Shown: one piece after another, positions 41,276 to 51,206 of the stretch
How positions within the stretch are numbered: position 1 is the first letter of the stretch
How the letters are laid out: each line of letters begins with the position of its first letter
Assembly: GCA_025655455.1 (NCBI GenBank)
Contig: JAHXIV010000006.1
Location: forward strand, 20,045 to 84,044
Length of the DNA stretch: 64,000 bases
Direction: 5' to 3'
DNA from: a gamma proteobacterium symbiont of Taylorina sp.
GTDB taxonomy: Bacteria > Pseudomonadota > Gammaproteobacteria > GRL18
Program-made: the position numbers and the translations under genes
Notes under the pieces: model-generated
The model's database searches: none
The model's input: the letters and a program-made list of their open reading frames with translations, nothing else
Told to the model about the DNA's origin: nothing

Positions 41276-43456
41276 ATGTCTTATCAAAAACAAAACAGCA
41301 GTTTTAAGGTTCTGGATGCAGCTCAGATGGAAGAGCAACTGGATTGTTTTCTTGATTCAGTGCTCTCTTTTCGTCGTTCAGCTGCAGGGCCTGCTAAACA
41401 AATGGCGACTCTTAATAGTAAAGAACAAGCCTTTGGCTTACATTGGGTGGAAATAATATCGGCCACAAATGCTGAAATGGCTTTTCAATTTTCAGCTTGC
41501 TTCTCTGATGCAGTATTGGCATTACAACATGATTTGAATGCGGTAGAGCATTGGATTGTAGAGGCCATGTCTGCATTTGATGAAAGAGGTTTACAATTTG
41601 CAAACAAGGTCTTGCATAATAGCAATGATTTTGCTGAAACTTACTTCAAAAAACAACAGGGTATTTTACTGGATGATATAAAAAATCTGTTGACTGCATT
41701 TGTCTGTGGTCTTAATGGGCGTTCACTAAAAATAGAATCTTCTGATATTATCTACACTGATACAGAAACTATTTATCTACCTGAATTAATAGCAGATTTT
41801 TCCCGCAAGGAAGACAATTTTCTTTATTATAAATTATTGACAGTTTATCTTTGGGCGCAAAACTGGTTTGGAACCTGGCGCTATGATTTAAATGACATTG
41901 TCAATGAGTATGATGATCCTGTATATGCTCTGAAACTATTACATAACCTGGAATCTATTCGACTAATACATAATATTCAAAATGAATTACCGGGGTTTTA
42001 TCGTCAGGTTGAAGTATTCATGGATGAATTCAATGAGTTAAAGTTGAACAAAGACTGGAATACTATTCTTGTTTTCTATAAGGGGAAAAAATCAGAGCAA
42101 AAAAAAGTGACAATTGCTGATAGCTTAAGGTTATTAAAGCAGCATTATGGACAATTAAATACTATTGATTTTCATTTCCAGGGCTTGTTATTTGCCAATA
42201 AGGTTCAACAAATTAAACAACGGCGTATCAGTGATGAACAAACTCGTTTTCGTGAAGCTCTATCACGTATTGCTGATGAAAAACGGTATCTGAAGCCGGA
42301 AGCTGTTGATGTGGAAAACTTAACCCCTGCTTTTGATTTTAATGTTAATGAACAATTTGATAAAGATGAATTCTCGGATAATATTGTTTTTGAACTTTCC
42401 CTGGATGGGCAGGTCATTGTTCCTGCTGAAGATGTACAGAGTTTAATGAGTAGTATTATGCAGGATATTGGTGAAATACCGGAAGAATATCTGGTGGCAG
42501 CTGGTTCAGGTCAGTATAGTTCTGATTATAGTGATAAGGATAAAAAAACAGATAATGTCTGGTCCGGTGTTTATCATGAGGAGGGTGCTTTTTTCTATGA
42601 TGAATGGGATTATGTTCGCCAGCACTATAAAAAAAACTGGTGTGTTGTTCGAGAGGTAAGAGTTCCGCCGCTTTATGACGATTTCGTACCGCAGACCCTT
42701 AAACAATATTATGCAGTGGTTAAATCACTGAGACGTCATTTTGAGGCGATAAAAGGAGAGGAAAAATTACTTAAACGTCAAATTAACGGGGATGATATTG
42801 ATATTGATGCATTGGTTGAAAGCTATGCAGATATGAGTATGGGAATGGAACTGAATGAACGTTTATTTACTCGTATGCAGCGAGAAGATCGTAATATTGC
42901 CGTTATGTTTCTGGTGGATATGAGTGGTTCAACCAAGGGCTGGATTAATCAGGCAGAACGGGAATCTTTAGTTCTGTTATGTGAGTCATTATCTATGTTG
43001 GGGGATCGTTATGCGATTTATGGTTTTTCCGGAACAACCCGAAAACGTTGTGAAATTTATCATATCAAGCATTTAGATGAGGCATATAATGATAAGGTGA
43101 AGGCTCGTATTAGTGGTATTACAGCAAAAGACTATACTCGCATGGGATTTGCCATACGCCATTTAAGTGGTTTGCTGGAAGAAGTGGAAGCTAAAACCAA
43201 GCTATTGATTACCCTGTCTGATGGTAAACCGGAAGATTATGATGGCCAATATCGGGGTGAATATGGTATTGAAGACACGCGTCAATCCTTATTTGAAACT
43301 CGACAAAAAGGCATTCACTGTTATTGTATTACCATTGATAAAGAAGCAGGGGACTATTTGCCGCATATGTATGGAGCTGCCAATTATGCGTTAATTGAAG
43401 ATATTAAGCAATTACCTGTAAGAGTATCAGATATATATCGAAAATTAACGACTTGA
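41276..43456 (+). CDS. CbbO/NorD-like vWA-domain protein
   Basis: YDEWDY, DMSGST MIDAS motif, YTRMGFAIRH, LSDGKP. Confidence 0.9.
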   Translation: MSYQKQNSSFKVLDAAQMEEQLDCFLDSVLSFRRSAAGPAKQMATLNSKEQAFGLHWVEIISATNAEMAFQFSACFSDAVLALQHDLNAVEHWIVEAMSAFDERGLQFANKVLHNSNDFAETYFKKQQGILLDDIKNLLTAFVCGLNGRSLKIESSDIIYTDTETIYLPELIADFSRKEDNFLYYKLLTVYLWAQNWFGTWRYDLNDIVNEYDDPVYALKLLHNLESIRLIHNIQNELPGFYRQVEVFMDEFNELKLNKDWNTILVFYKGKKSEQKKVTIADSLRLLKQHYGQLNTIDFHFQGLLFANKVQQIKQRRISDEQTRFREALSRIADEKRYLKPEAVDVENLTPAFDFNVNEQFDKDEFSDNIVFELSLDGQVIVPAEDVQSLMSSIMQDIGEIPEEYLVAAGSGQYSSDYSDKDKKTDNVWSGVYHEEGAFFYDEWDYVRQHYKKNWCVVREVRVPPLYDDFVPQTLKQYYAVVKSLRRHFEAIKGEEKLLKRQINGDDIDIDALVESYADMSMGMELNERLFTRMQREDRNIAVMFLVDMSGSTKGWINQAERESLVLLCESLSMLGDRYAIYGFSGTTRKRCEIYHIKHLDEAYNDKVKARISGITAKDYTRMGFAIRHLSGLLEEVEAKTKLLITLSDGKPEDYDGQYRGEYGIEDTRQSLFETRQKGIHCYCITIDKEAGDYLPHMYGAANYALIEDIKQLPVRVSDIYRKLTT

Positions 43457-43488
43457 AAATAAAAATAGTGCATTACTAAATTGGGCCA

Positions 43489-43887
43489 CTAATAGTAAAT
43501 TTCCAGAGGTTCATATCCAAAAATACCACTAATATGATGAAAAAAAGCATGCTTGCCCTGAGATTCCATTGTTGAGTAATATTACTATTAATCTGTTTAT
43601 ATTGTTTTTGTTGTAATTTTATCCTGATAGTTTTTCAGAACCGGCTTAATGATTTGATGAGCAATAATAAGATTGCTGGAAAAATCCAGTGTATCAGGAT
43701 TTTCTTTCCAGTTTATTTTAAAGCGGCTATACCACCAGTAATGTGGTGACTCGGAAACAGACATTGCCAAAGATTCAGGTGCTAATATCGAGTAGTCTGA
43801 AACAGTAGTTGTAGCCGTCTTGATGGATCAGGCATTCAAAAAATAAGTAATGAATAAGAAAAGTATAAGATGAATTTGTGTTTTCAT
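43489..43887 (-). pseudogene. Degraded exported (probably lipo)protein gene
   Basis: MKTQIHLILFLFITYFLNA*SIKT...WWYSRFKINW... with an in-frame TGA at 43828-30; frameshifted tail QGKHAFFHHISGIFGYEPLEIYY. Confidence 0.55.
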
Positions 43888-44177
43888 ATTAGAACCTTAT
43901 ATTCAGTGACAGTATTATTTTTAGTAGATTTGACTGTGTTTTTTTAGCAATGAACAATTGGAAAATCTCTTAATGCGGACAACAAATGTGCATTACTTCT
44001 GATGATTATAGACTATTGCTCTATATGAATAAATACCTGATATTCTCCTTTCTGTGATACCCCTATCAAAAACTAAGTATAATCCCTGCATAATCAGGGT
44101 ATACCCTTGAAATCTTAATATAAGAGTATTATAATATACTATGTATTTAAAGATATGAAAAATAAAGGAAGACACAG

Positions 44178-44393
44178 ATGAAAAAAATAGTTTTTGTTTT
44201 ATTGATATTTATCTCAAGCTCAGTAATAGCTGATGAACTTGATTATTGTAATGTTGAAGATTACGAAATAAGTAAATATATCATTGAAAATGACATAGCT
44301 AATATAAAATTTGGTGATGAAATTGCCGGTTATTATACGACCAGAGAAGAATATATAAATGTGTATGATTCAGCAATTACTTCACAAGATTAA
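44178..44393 (+). CDS. Small secreted hypothetical protein, possibly truncated
   Basis: GGAAG ribosome-binding site; MKKIVFVLLIFISSSVIA signal peptide. Confidence 0.5.
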   Translation: MKKIVFVLLIFISSSVIADELDYCNVEDYEISKYIIENDIANIKFGDEIAGYYTTREEYINVYDSAITSQD

Positions 44394-44600
44394 ATTTAAC
44401 CCCTGTCTTATTTGCTGAATGATCTTATCAGACATGAAATTAATCTGTTAGAATACATCAAGCAATAGCTCCAAAAAGTTTTTAAAGTCCTAAAAATTAG
44501 TGATTGAAAATTCCAATGTCTGTTTGTCTTCTTCTGTTAGTTAAGAGTGCCCACAGCCAAAAAATTTGCTCTAATGATTTTTGTTACTTAGAATAATAAT

Positions 44601-45536
44601 ATGATAAATACTCAAAAACAGGTTCAGGTTTTAACTCTTATCATGCTAATCTGTTTCGCTTTTGATGTGTATGCTCAGACAAAAAATGGTTTTGATCTGT
44701 CCAATGCATCAATTAAATATGAGGAAATATTTTCCGGTGGGCCACCAAGAGATGGAATTCCATCCATTGATAAACCTAAATTTATCGATATAAGCCAAGT
44801 GGATTTTTTACAGGATGATGATATTGTTATCGGACTTGTCCGTGCTGATAAGGCGCGTGCTTATCCAAGCCGCATCCTGGTCTGGCATGAAATTGTTAAT
44901 GATATAATTGATGGTGAAGCGGTTGTAGTGACTTATTGCCCCTTATGTGGGACAGCCATGGTTTTTGATCGTCATATTGCAGGGAAATTACATACTTTCG
45001 GTGTTTCAGGACTTTTATATCAAAGTGATGTGCTGATGTATGATAGAGAAAGTGAATCTCTCTGGTCCCAACTGGCCATGAAGTCTGTGAGTGGTTCAGA
45101 GCTTGGAAATAAATTGTTCTGGCTTCCCAGTGAACATTTGACCTGGAAAGCCTGGCGGGAAAAATACCCTGATGGGGAAGTTCTGTCGACTGATACCGGT
45201 CATAATAGGAATTACAGCAGTGCCGCCTATTCATCCTATTTTGCCTCAGATCAAACCATGTTTCCTGTGCGTTATACACGTAAAGAACTCTCGAAGAAGG
45301 TATGGGTGATAGGTGTTATTATTAATGGACAGGCGAAAGCCTATGCTGTGAATAAACTCTCTGTTAATAGTGTCATTAAAGATAATTTAGGAAATCAGAA
45401 AATTACGATTAAATATGATGCTGAACGAAAGCATCATCAAATTATGAATCAACAGGGTGAACAAATTCCATCGGTATTAGTCTTCTGGTTTGCATGGCAG
45501 GCATTTTATCCCCAAACTCAATTATGGAATCCTTAG
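44601..45536 (+). CDS. DUF3179-family exported protein
   Basis: SGGPPRDGIPSID, WHEIVND, YCPLCGT, FGVSGLLY, FWFAW. Confidence 0.88.
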   Translation: MINTQKQVQVLTLIMLICFAFDVYAQTKNGFDLSNASIKYEEIFSGGPPRDGIPSIDKPKFIDISQVDFLQDDDIVIGLVRADKARAYPSRILVWHEIVNDIIDGEAVVVTYCPLCGTAMVFDRHIAGKLHTFGVSGLLYQSDVLMYDRESESLWSQLAMKSVSGSELGNKLFWLPSEHLTWKAWREKYPDGEVLSTDTGHNRNYSSAAYSSYFASDQTMFPVRYTRKELSKKVWVIGVIINGQAKAYAVNKLSVNSVIKDNLGNQKITIKYDAERKHHQIMNQQGEQIPSVLVFWFAWQAFYPQTQLWNP

Positions 45537-45586
45537 TTTTTTATTAACTGATGGAATTAGATAATATAATAATATTATTATTTTCC

Positions 45587-45614
45587 TTGACTTGACCGAC
45601 CGGTCAATTATAAT
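45587..45614 (+). promoter_or_regulatory. Sigma70 promoter TTGACT-N16-TATAAT containing operator TTGACCGACCGGTCAA (45592-45607)
   Basis: Read directly. Confidence 0.75.
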
Positions 45615-45621
45615 GTCATTT

Positions 45622-46224
45622 ATGGATATAGCAATGGATACTCGTCAAAAAATTATTAAGGTGGCCAAATCACTTTTTCATAACCGTAGCTATGCTGATG
45701 TCGGTATTAAAGAAATTTGTGATAAAGCAGACATCCAAAAGGGGAGTTTTTATCATTTCTTTCCATCCAAACGGGATTTAGTGATAGCTGTTATTGATGA
45801 ATTTTCCTATGACTGGGCGCATGGATTTATTGCCGAAGCATTTGATCCTGAACTGGCTCCTATGGAACGAATTGATTATATGATTGATGCTGCCTATTAT
45901 TGGCAAAAGTCAGCTAAAGAGATTCAGGGTCATATGCCTGGTTGTTTATTTGGAAATCTGGCCTTAGAAATAAGCACACAGGATGATGTGCTTCGAGCCA
46001 AGTTAACAGCTGTTTTTCTAAATGCCAAAGAACGTTTTAAAGATTCTCTGGATGAGGCAATAGAATGCAATGAGATCCTGCCGCTGGATACTGAAAGAAC
46101 TGCCGAAGCAATGTTAGCTTATCTGGAGGGTATGATTCTTATTGCCAAGGCCAGTAATGATCCACAAATAATTTATCGACTTGGTTCAGCACTTAAATCT
46201 ATTCGTATAGAAATAAATGCCTGA
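45622..46224 (+). CDS. TetR/AcrR-family regulator, NemR-like (start 45622 or 45634)
   Basis: KGSFYHFFPSK helix-turn-helix; GCLFGNLALE. Confidence 0.9.
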   Translation: MDIAMDTRQKIIKVAKSLFHNRSYADVGIKEICDKADIQKGSFYHFFPSKRDLVIAVIDEFSYDWAHGFIAEAFDPELAPMERIDYMIDAAYYWQKSAKEIQGHMPGCLFGNLALEISTQDDVLRAKLTAVFLNAKERFKDSLDEAIECNEILPLDTERTAEAMLAYLEGMILIAKASNDPQIIYRLGSALKSIRIEINA

Positions 46225-46254
46225 GCTTTTTTTTAAGCGGTAAAAAGAAAAATT

Positions 46255-46285
46255 CCGGATATAAATTATTTATCCGGTTTTTTTT
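46255..46285 (+). terminator. Rho-independent terminator-like hairpin
   Basis: ccggata-N9-tatccgg followed by a T8 tract. Confidence 0.6.
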
Positions 46286-46293
46286 AACTCAAA

Positions 46294-46313
46294 AGTTGAC
46301 CGACCAGTCAACT
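46294..46313. promoter_or_regulatory. Second TetR-type operator agttgaccgaccagtcaact
   Basis: 15/16 identical to 45592-45607. Confidence 0.8.
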
Positions 46314-46314
46314 A

Positions 46315-47013
46315 ATGGCTTGTGTTAAATATGAGGAATATATAATGAATACTATTTTAGAACAACAAAAGACAGATGAAAAAATGCTTATAGTCGCAAA
46401 TGAGAATTTAGATGATTTGTTTAGGCAATCCAACCTGAATCAACAACTATTTGAACAATGGTTTGACAAGCGTTTTGATCAGAAACTGGCGGAGAAGGAG
46501 TCTCAACACACGCCATCAATGACCATAATTGTCACTAAAGGCACAATGGATATGGCTTATCCACCCTTTATTCTTGCTTCCACTGCATCAGCTTTAGGCT
46601 GGAATGTTTCAATATTTTTTACCTTTTATGGACTCAGCCTCCTAAAGTCAGAACTTGATTTAAATATCAGTCCGTTAGGAAATCCAGCTATGCCGATGAA
46701 AATGCCAGTTGGTCCTGACTGGTTACGTCAGGTTGAAATGGATATCCCCAATTTTTTAATGGCTGGGGTTCCAGGTTTTGAAAAAATGGCTACCACCATG
46801 ATGAAAAAAACCTTAACAAATAAAGGGGTTGCTTCCATATTGGAACTGAGGGATATTTGTATTGAATCAGAGGTGAAAATGATTGCATGCCAGATGACTG
46901 TGGATCTTTTTGACTGGTCAAGAGATGACTTTATTCCAGAGATTAGTGAGTGGGTGGGAGCAGCCAGTTTTTTACCTATTGCCCAGAAGGCAGAAGTTAA
47001 TTTGTTTATTTAA
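46315..47013 (+). CDS. DsrE2/YrkE-like sulfurtransferase-family protein
   Basis: YPPFILASTA...FFTFYGL, IACQMT. Confidence 0.88.
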   Translation: MACVKYEEYIMNTILEQQKTDEKMLIVANENLDDLFRQSNLNQQLFEQWFDKRFDQKLAEKESQHTPSMTIIVTKGTMDMAYPPFILASTASALGWNVSIFFTFYGLSLLKSELDLNISPLGNPAMPMKMPVGPDWLRQVEMDIPNFLMAGVPGFEKMATTMMKKTLTNKGVASILELRDICIESEVKMIACQMTVDLFDWSRDDFIPEISEWVGAASFLPIAQKAEVNLFI

Positions 47014-47034
47014 TCAATAATGCAAAATTATGGA

Positions 47035-47406
47035 TTAAGAACACAATGACATAATTTCTCTTTCAAGCAGCTCTGGAGAAGACAGGTTAATTTCTACCAG
47101 TTTTCGTAAATGGGTCATGCTGTCCAGATCAATACTTGTGCAGCTGATTCCAATCCGGTTATCTCGTTTGTGTGCTATATTGCCCTGCATGATAATCTGT
47201 ACCTCTTGAGACTCATCCAGACTAAGGATGAGTCTACAGGGGGAACCTACATCCAGGGTTGCTCCTGTGCAGTTATGAATTAGTGCCCCGCGAAATGAAA
47301 TATCTACAAGTTCACAATCCAGCCTTGAATCTCCCACCTCAAATTTGACCAGACAGTCAAAATGTATGCGTTGAAAATATCGATCTTGTGAAATATTATC
47401 AGTCAT
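47035..47406 (-). CDS. PilZ-domain protein
   Basis: RYFQR and DISFRG motifs. Confidence 0.85.
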   Translation of the reverse strand: MTDNISQDRYFQRIHFDCLVKFEVGDSRLDCELVDISFRGALIHNCTGATLDVGSPCRLILSLDESQEVQIIMQGNIAHKRDNRIGISCTSIDLDSMTHLRKLVEINLSSPELLEREIMSLCS

Positions 47407-47559
47407 TTAAGCTCTTCCTGGTATTAACTTGATTTGTCCAGTTATAAGGATAAGAAAATTTATTGTACTTTTCAAGCTTTTTAAATACCTGATGCCAATT
47501 GTTCTTTGTTTCGTATCACTGGTTGACAGCTGGTTTTTGTTGATGTAGTTTTATAATAA

Positions 47560-47569
47560 TGTCGACAAT
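47560..47569. promoter_or_regulatory. TGTCGACAAT, putative PrpR(GntR) operator
   Basis: Identical 10-mers at 49483 and 49546. Confidence 0.6.
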
Positions 47570-47588
47570 TTGTCAGGGAGTTATAGAA

Positions 47589-49481
47589 ATGGAAATAGGG
47601 TACAGAGGTATATATAAGCTGTCAATGGATGACCCGCAAGGCTTCTGGGCTAATGCTGCAGAAGAACTTGTGTGGGAAAAAAAATGGGATCAGGTGCTTG
47701 ATGATTCAACCGCTCCATTTTATCACTGGTTTAACGGAGGCAGGCTGAACACTTGTTATAATGCTGTTGATCGTCACGTTAATGAAGGACGGGCTGAACA
47801 AGTTGCTGTGATCTATGATAGTCCGGTTACTGATACCAGACAAACTTATACTTTTCTTGAACTGCAGGATGAGGTTGCGCGTCTTGCGGGTGTGTTGAAA
47901 TCTCAGAGTATTGAGAAAGGTGATCGGGTTTTGATCTATATGCCTATGATTCCACAGGCAATTTTTGCAATGCTGGCCTGTGCCAGAATTGGTGCTGTTC
48001 ATTCAGTGGTTTTCGGCGGTTTTGCTGCTGCTGAGTTGGCCACAAGAATTGAAGATGCTCAACCGAAAATTGTACTTTCAGCTTCCTGTGGCATTGAAGT
48101 AACACGAGTGATTGAATACAAGCCGTTGCTGGATCAGGCTATTAATCTTTCCAGCCATAAACCTGCTCATACTATTATTTTTCAACGTCCTCAGGCTGCA
48201 GCCTCTATGCAGGATGGACGTGATCTGGATTGGATCTCTGCCTGTGAACAGGCTGAACCGGTAGATTGTGTATCACTCGCAGCGACTGATCCCCTCTATA
48301 TTCTCTATACCTCAGGTACAACCGGTGTGCCCAAAGGAGTAGTACGTGATAATGGCGGACATGCGGTTGCTATGCTCTGGAGTATGCGTAATGTTTATAA
48401 TGTCAAACCGGGAGAAGTTTTCTGGGCGGCCTCTGATGTGGGATGGGTTGTTGGTCATTCTTATATCGTTTATGGACCCCTGTTAAATGGTAATACAACT
48501 GTTCTTTACGAAGGAAAACCTGTTTTCACACCGGATGCCGGTGCATTCTGGCGAGTGATTGAAGAGCATAAAGTCTCAGTTATGTTTACTGCACCAACGG
48601 CTTTTCGTGCCATTAAAAAAGAAGATCCAAAAGGTGAATATTGTAAAAAATATAATCTGAAAAATTTTCGGGCATTGTTTCTGGCCGGTGAACGATGTGA
48701 TCCGCCAACCCTTTCATGGGCTGAAGAGTTACTCAATGTTCCGGTGATTGATCACTGGTGGCAGACTGAAACGGCATGGGCAATTGCTGCCAATTGTCTG
48801 GGCATTGAAGCACTGCCGGTTAAACCCGGCTCACCTTCCTGTGCAGTTCCGGGTTATCAGGTTGATATTTTAAATGATAAAGGTGAGGTAGTAGCTGAGG
48901 ATGAAATAGGTAGTATTATGATTAAACTGCCAATGCCTCCGGGATGTTTACCCACTCTCTGGAATGATGATGAACGTTTTGTAAAATCTTATCTAAGCAC
49001 TCATCCGGGCTATTATTTAACAGGAGATGCGGGTTATAAGGATGAAGATGGTTATATCTGGGTGATGAGCCGGATTGATGACATTATCAATGTGGCTGGT
49101 CATCGGCTGTCAACCGGTGCAATTGAAGAAGTGATTGCCGCACATCCGGATGTTGCCGAATGTGCTGTTATCGGTGTGGCAGATGAGTTAAAAGGTGAGG
49201 TGCCGTTGGGTCTGATGGTCTTGAAAAGCGGGGTTGAGCGTGATATGAGTGTGATTGCAGGGGAAGTTATTGCACTGGTCAGAGAAAAAATCGGCGCTGT
49301 TTGTTCTTTTAAGAAAGTGGTGAGTGTGGCAATATTGCCAAAAACTCGTTCCGGAAAAATTCTCAGAGGAACCATGAAAAAGATAGCGGATTGTGAATCA
49401 TACAAAATGCCCGCAACAATTGATGATCCGGCTATTTTAGATGAAATTAAAATAGCATTGAAAAGCATAGGCTACGCTTAA
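47589..49481 (+). CDS. prpE: Propionyl-CoA synthetase (start 47589 or 47559)
   Basis: YTSGTTGVPKGVVRDNGG, DHWWQTE, PKTRSGK. Confidence 0.9.
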   Translation: MEIGYRGIYKLSMDDPQGFWANAAEELVWEKKWDQVLDDSTAPFYHWFNGGRLNTCYNAVDRHVNEGRAEQVAVIYDSPVTDTRQTYTFLELQDEVARLAGVLKSQSIEKGDRVLIYMPMIPQAIFAMLACARIGAVHSVVFGGFAAAELATRIEDAQPKIVLSASCGIEVTRVIEYKPLLDQAINLSSHKPAHTIIFQRPQAAASMQDGRDLDWISACEQAEPVDCVSLAATDPLYILYTSGTTGVPKGVVRDNGGHAVAMLWSMRNVYNVKPGEVFWAASDVGWVVGHSYIVYGPLLNGNTTVLYEGKPVFTPDAGAFWRVIEEHKVSVMFTAPTAFRAIKKEDPKGEYCKKYNLKNFRALFLAGERCDPPTLSWAEELLNVPVIDHWWQTETAWAIAANCLGIEALPVKPGSPSCAVPGYQVDILNDKGEVVAEDEIGSIMIKLPMPPGCLPTLWNDDERFVKSYLSTHPGYYLTGDAGYKDEDGYIWVMSRIDDIINVAGHRLSTGAIEEVIAAHPDVAECAVIGVADELKGEVPLGLMVLKSGVERDMSVIAGEVIALVREKIGAVCSFKKVVSVAILPKTRSGKILRGTMKKIADCESYKMPATIDDPAILDEIKIALKSIGYA

Positions 49482-49482
49482 G

Positions 49483-49555
49483 TGTCGACAATGTGTATTG
49501 ACTGTCGGGTTAAAAATCAGTTATTATGGGTCTTGTTGATTATTGTGTCGACAAT
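49483..49555. promoter_or_regulatory. Two TGTCGACAAT sites flanking a TTGACT-N18-TATTAT promoter
   Basis: Sites at 49483-92 and 49546-55; -35 at 49498. Confidence 0.6.
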
Positions 49556-49576
49556 AATAGGTTTGGTTATGGTGCA

Positions 49577-50194
49577 ATGAGTATTGCTGAAAAGGTCTTT
49601 GCAGCACTTTGCAATGCCATTGTCAGGGGTGAAATACCTGCCGGCAGTAAAATTAGTGAACCTGAACTTGCCGGACATTTTAATGTGAGCAGGGCTTCCC
49701 TGCGAGATGCTATTGGCAGACTGGAAGCCTGTAATCTGGTGATTCGGCGTCCCAATGTGGGAGCCAGAGTGGTTTCACTATCAGATGAGGAACTGCTTGA
49801 AATTTATGCTGTGCGTGAGGCACTGGAAGGAATGGCTGCACGTCAGGCAGCAGTACAAATGAGTGATACTGAGCTGGATGAGCTTCAACTGCTTTTAGCT
49901 GATGACAAGCAGAGACATCCCAATGATATTAATAATGATTTTCATTATGGGATCGTAAAAGGCAGTAAAAATAACCGGCTTAAACATATACTTCGTGATG
50001 ATCTCTACCATTTGATGTGCATGTACCGTTATCAACTGGGACGCGAAGGCGGCAGGGCATCATCAGCCGCTAAAGAACATGCTCTCATTATGGATGCATT
50101 ACGTGACAGGGATGGTGAATTAGCAGAGCTATTGATGCGCCGACATATTCGTTTGTCGCGTCAATATATAGAGAAGTCATTAAATAGCCTTTAG
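49577..50194 (+). CDS. GntR/FadR-family regulator of the methylcitrate operon (likely start 49577)
   Basis: ISEPELA...SRASLRDAI wHTH, FCD domain; upstream of prpB. Confidence 0.88.
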   Translation: MSIAEKVFAALCNAIVRGEIPAGSKISEPELAGHFNVSRASLRDAIGRLEACNLVIRRPNVGARVVSLSDEELLEIYAVREALEGMAARQAAVQMSDTELDELQLLLADDKQRHPNDINNDFHYGIVKGSKNNRLKHILRDDLYHLMCMYRYQLGREGGRASSAAKEHALIMDALRDRDGELAELLMRRHIRLSRQYIEKSLNSL

Positions 50195-50210
50195 CCAAAC
50201 TTGAATTTGG

Positions 50211-50254
50211 CACCATCATTTATAGTAACATTAAATTTCTACTAAATGATGGTG
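50211..50254. repeat. Inverted repeat caccatcattta / taaatgatggtg upstream of prpB
   Basis: Perfect 12-bp arms, 20-nt loop. Confidence 0.7.
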
Positions 50255-50286
50255 GAATTGTTAAGTTACTTAGAAGAATATTCAGT

Positions 50287-51180
50287 ATGAAATCAAATGA
50301 AAATAATAATCTCACACCCGGTGCAATTCTAAGACAGGCAGTCGCAGCAGAAAACCCTCTGCAGGTATTGGGAACGATCAATGCCTATACCGCAATCATG
50401 GCTGAAAAAAGTGGTGCCAAAGCCATTTATCTATCCGGTGCAGGTGTGGCGAATGCCTCTTACGGACTACCTGATCTGGGTATGACCTCACTGGATAATG
50501 TATTAACTGACGTGCATCGAATTACAGCCGCCTCTGCATTACCTCTTTTGGTTGATGTGGATACTGGTTGGGGAAGCGCCTTTAATATTGCTCGAACAAT
50601 TAAAGAGATGAGTCGTGCAGGGGCGGCAGGTATACATCTTGAAGATCAGGTACAGGCCAAACGCTGCGGTCATCGTCCCGGTAAAGAAATTATTTCGCAG
50701 CAGGAAATGGTTGACAGGATTAAAGCAGCAGTGGATGCCCGTAATGATGAACTGGTGATTATGGCACGAACAGATGCTCTGGCAGTGGATGGTATGGATG
50801 CGGCAATTGATCGAGCTGTTGCCTGTGTTGAGGCGGGTGCTGATATGATTTTCCCTGAAGCGATGACCACATTAGAACAGTATCGTACTTTTGTGGAGGC
50901 GGTGGGTGTGCCTGTTCTGGCTAATATTACCGAGTTTGGGACTACTCCACTGTTTACGACTGAAGAACTCAATTCAGTCGGCGTTAAATTGGCACTTTAT
51001 CCACTTTCAGCCTTCAGAGCTATGAATGCAGCAGCGCTCAGTATTTATCAAAACCTATTGAAAGAAGGAACCCAGCAGCAAGTAGTGGGACAAATGCAAA
51101 GTAGAGAAGAGTTGTATGAATTTCTTGATTACCATGCCTATGAACAAAAATTAGATGCGCTGTTTGAGGCAGGGAAATAA
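50287..51180 (+). CDS. prpB: Methylisocitrate lyase
   Basis: [16 protein letters not shown]. Confidence 0.96.
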   Translation: MKSNENNNLTPGAILRQAVAAENPLQVLGTINAYTAIMAEKSGAKAIYLSGAGVANASYGLPDLGMTSLDNVLTDVHRITAASALPLLVDVDTGWGSAFNIARTIKEMSRAGAAGIHLEDQVQAKRCGHRPGKEIISQQEMVDRIKAAVDARNDELVIMARTDALAVDGMDAAIDRAVACVEAGADMIFPEAMTTLEQYRTFVEAVGVPVLANITEFGTTPLFTTEELNSVGVKLALYPLSAFRAMNAAALSIYQNLLKEGTQQQVVGQMQSREELYEFLDYHAYEQKLDALFEAGK

Positions 51181-51206
51181 TTGTAGAATATGTTGGAGAT
51201 CGAATT

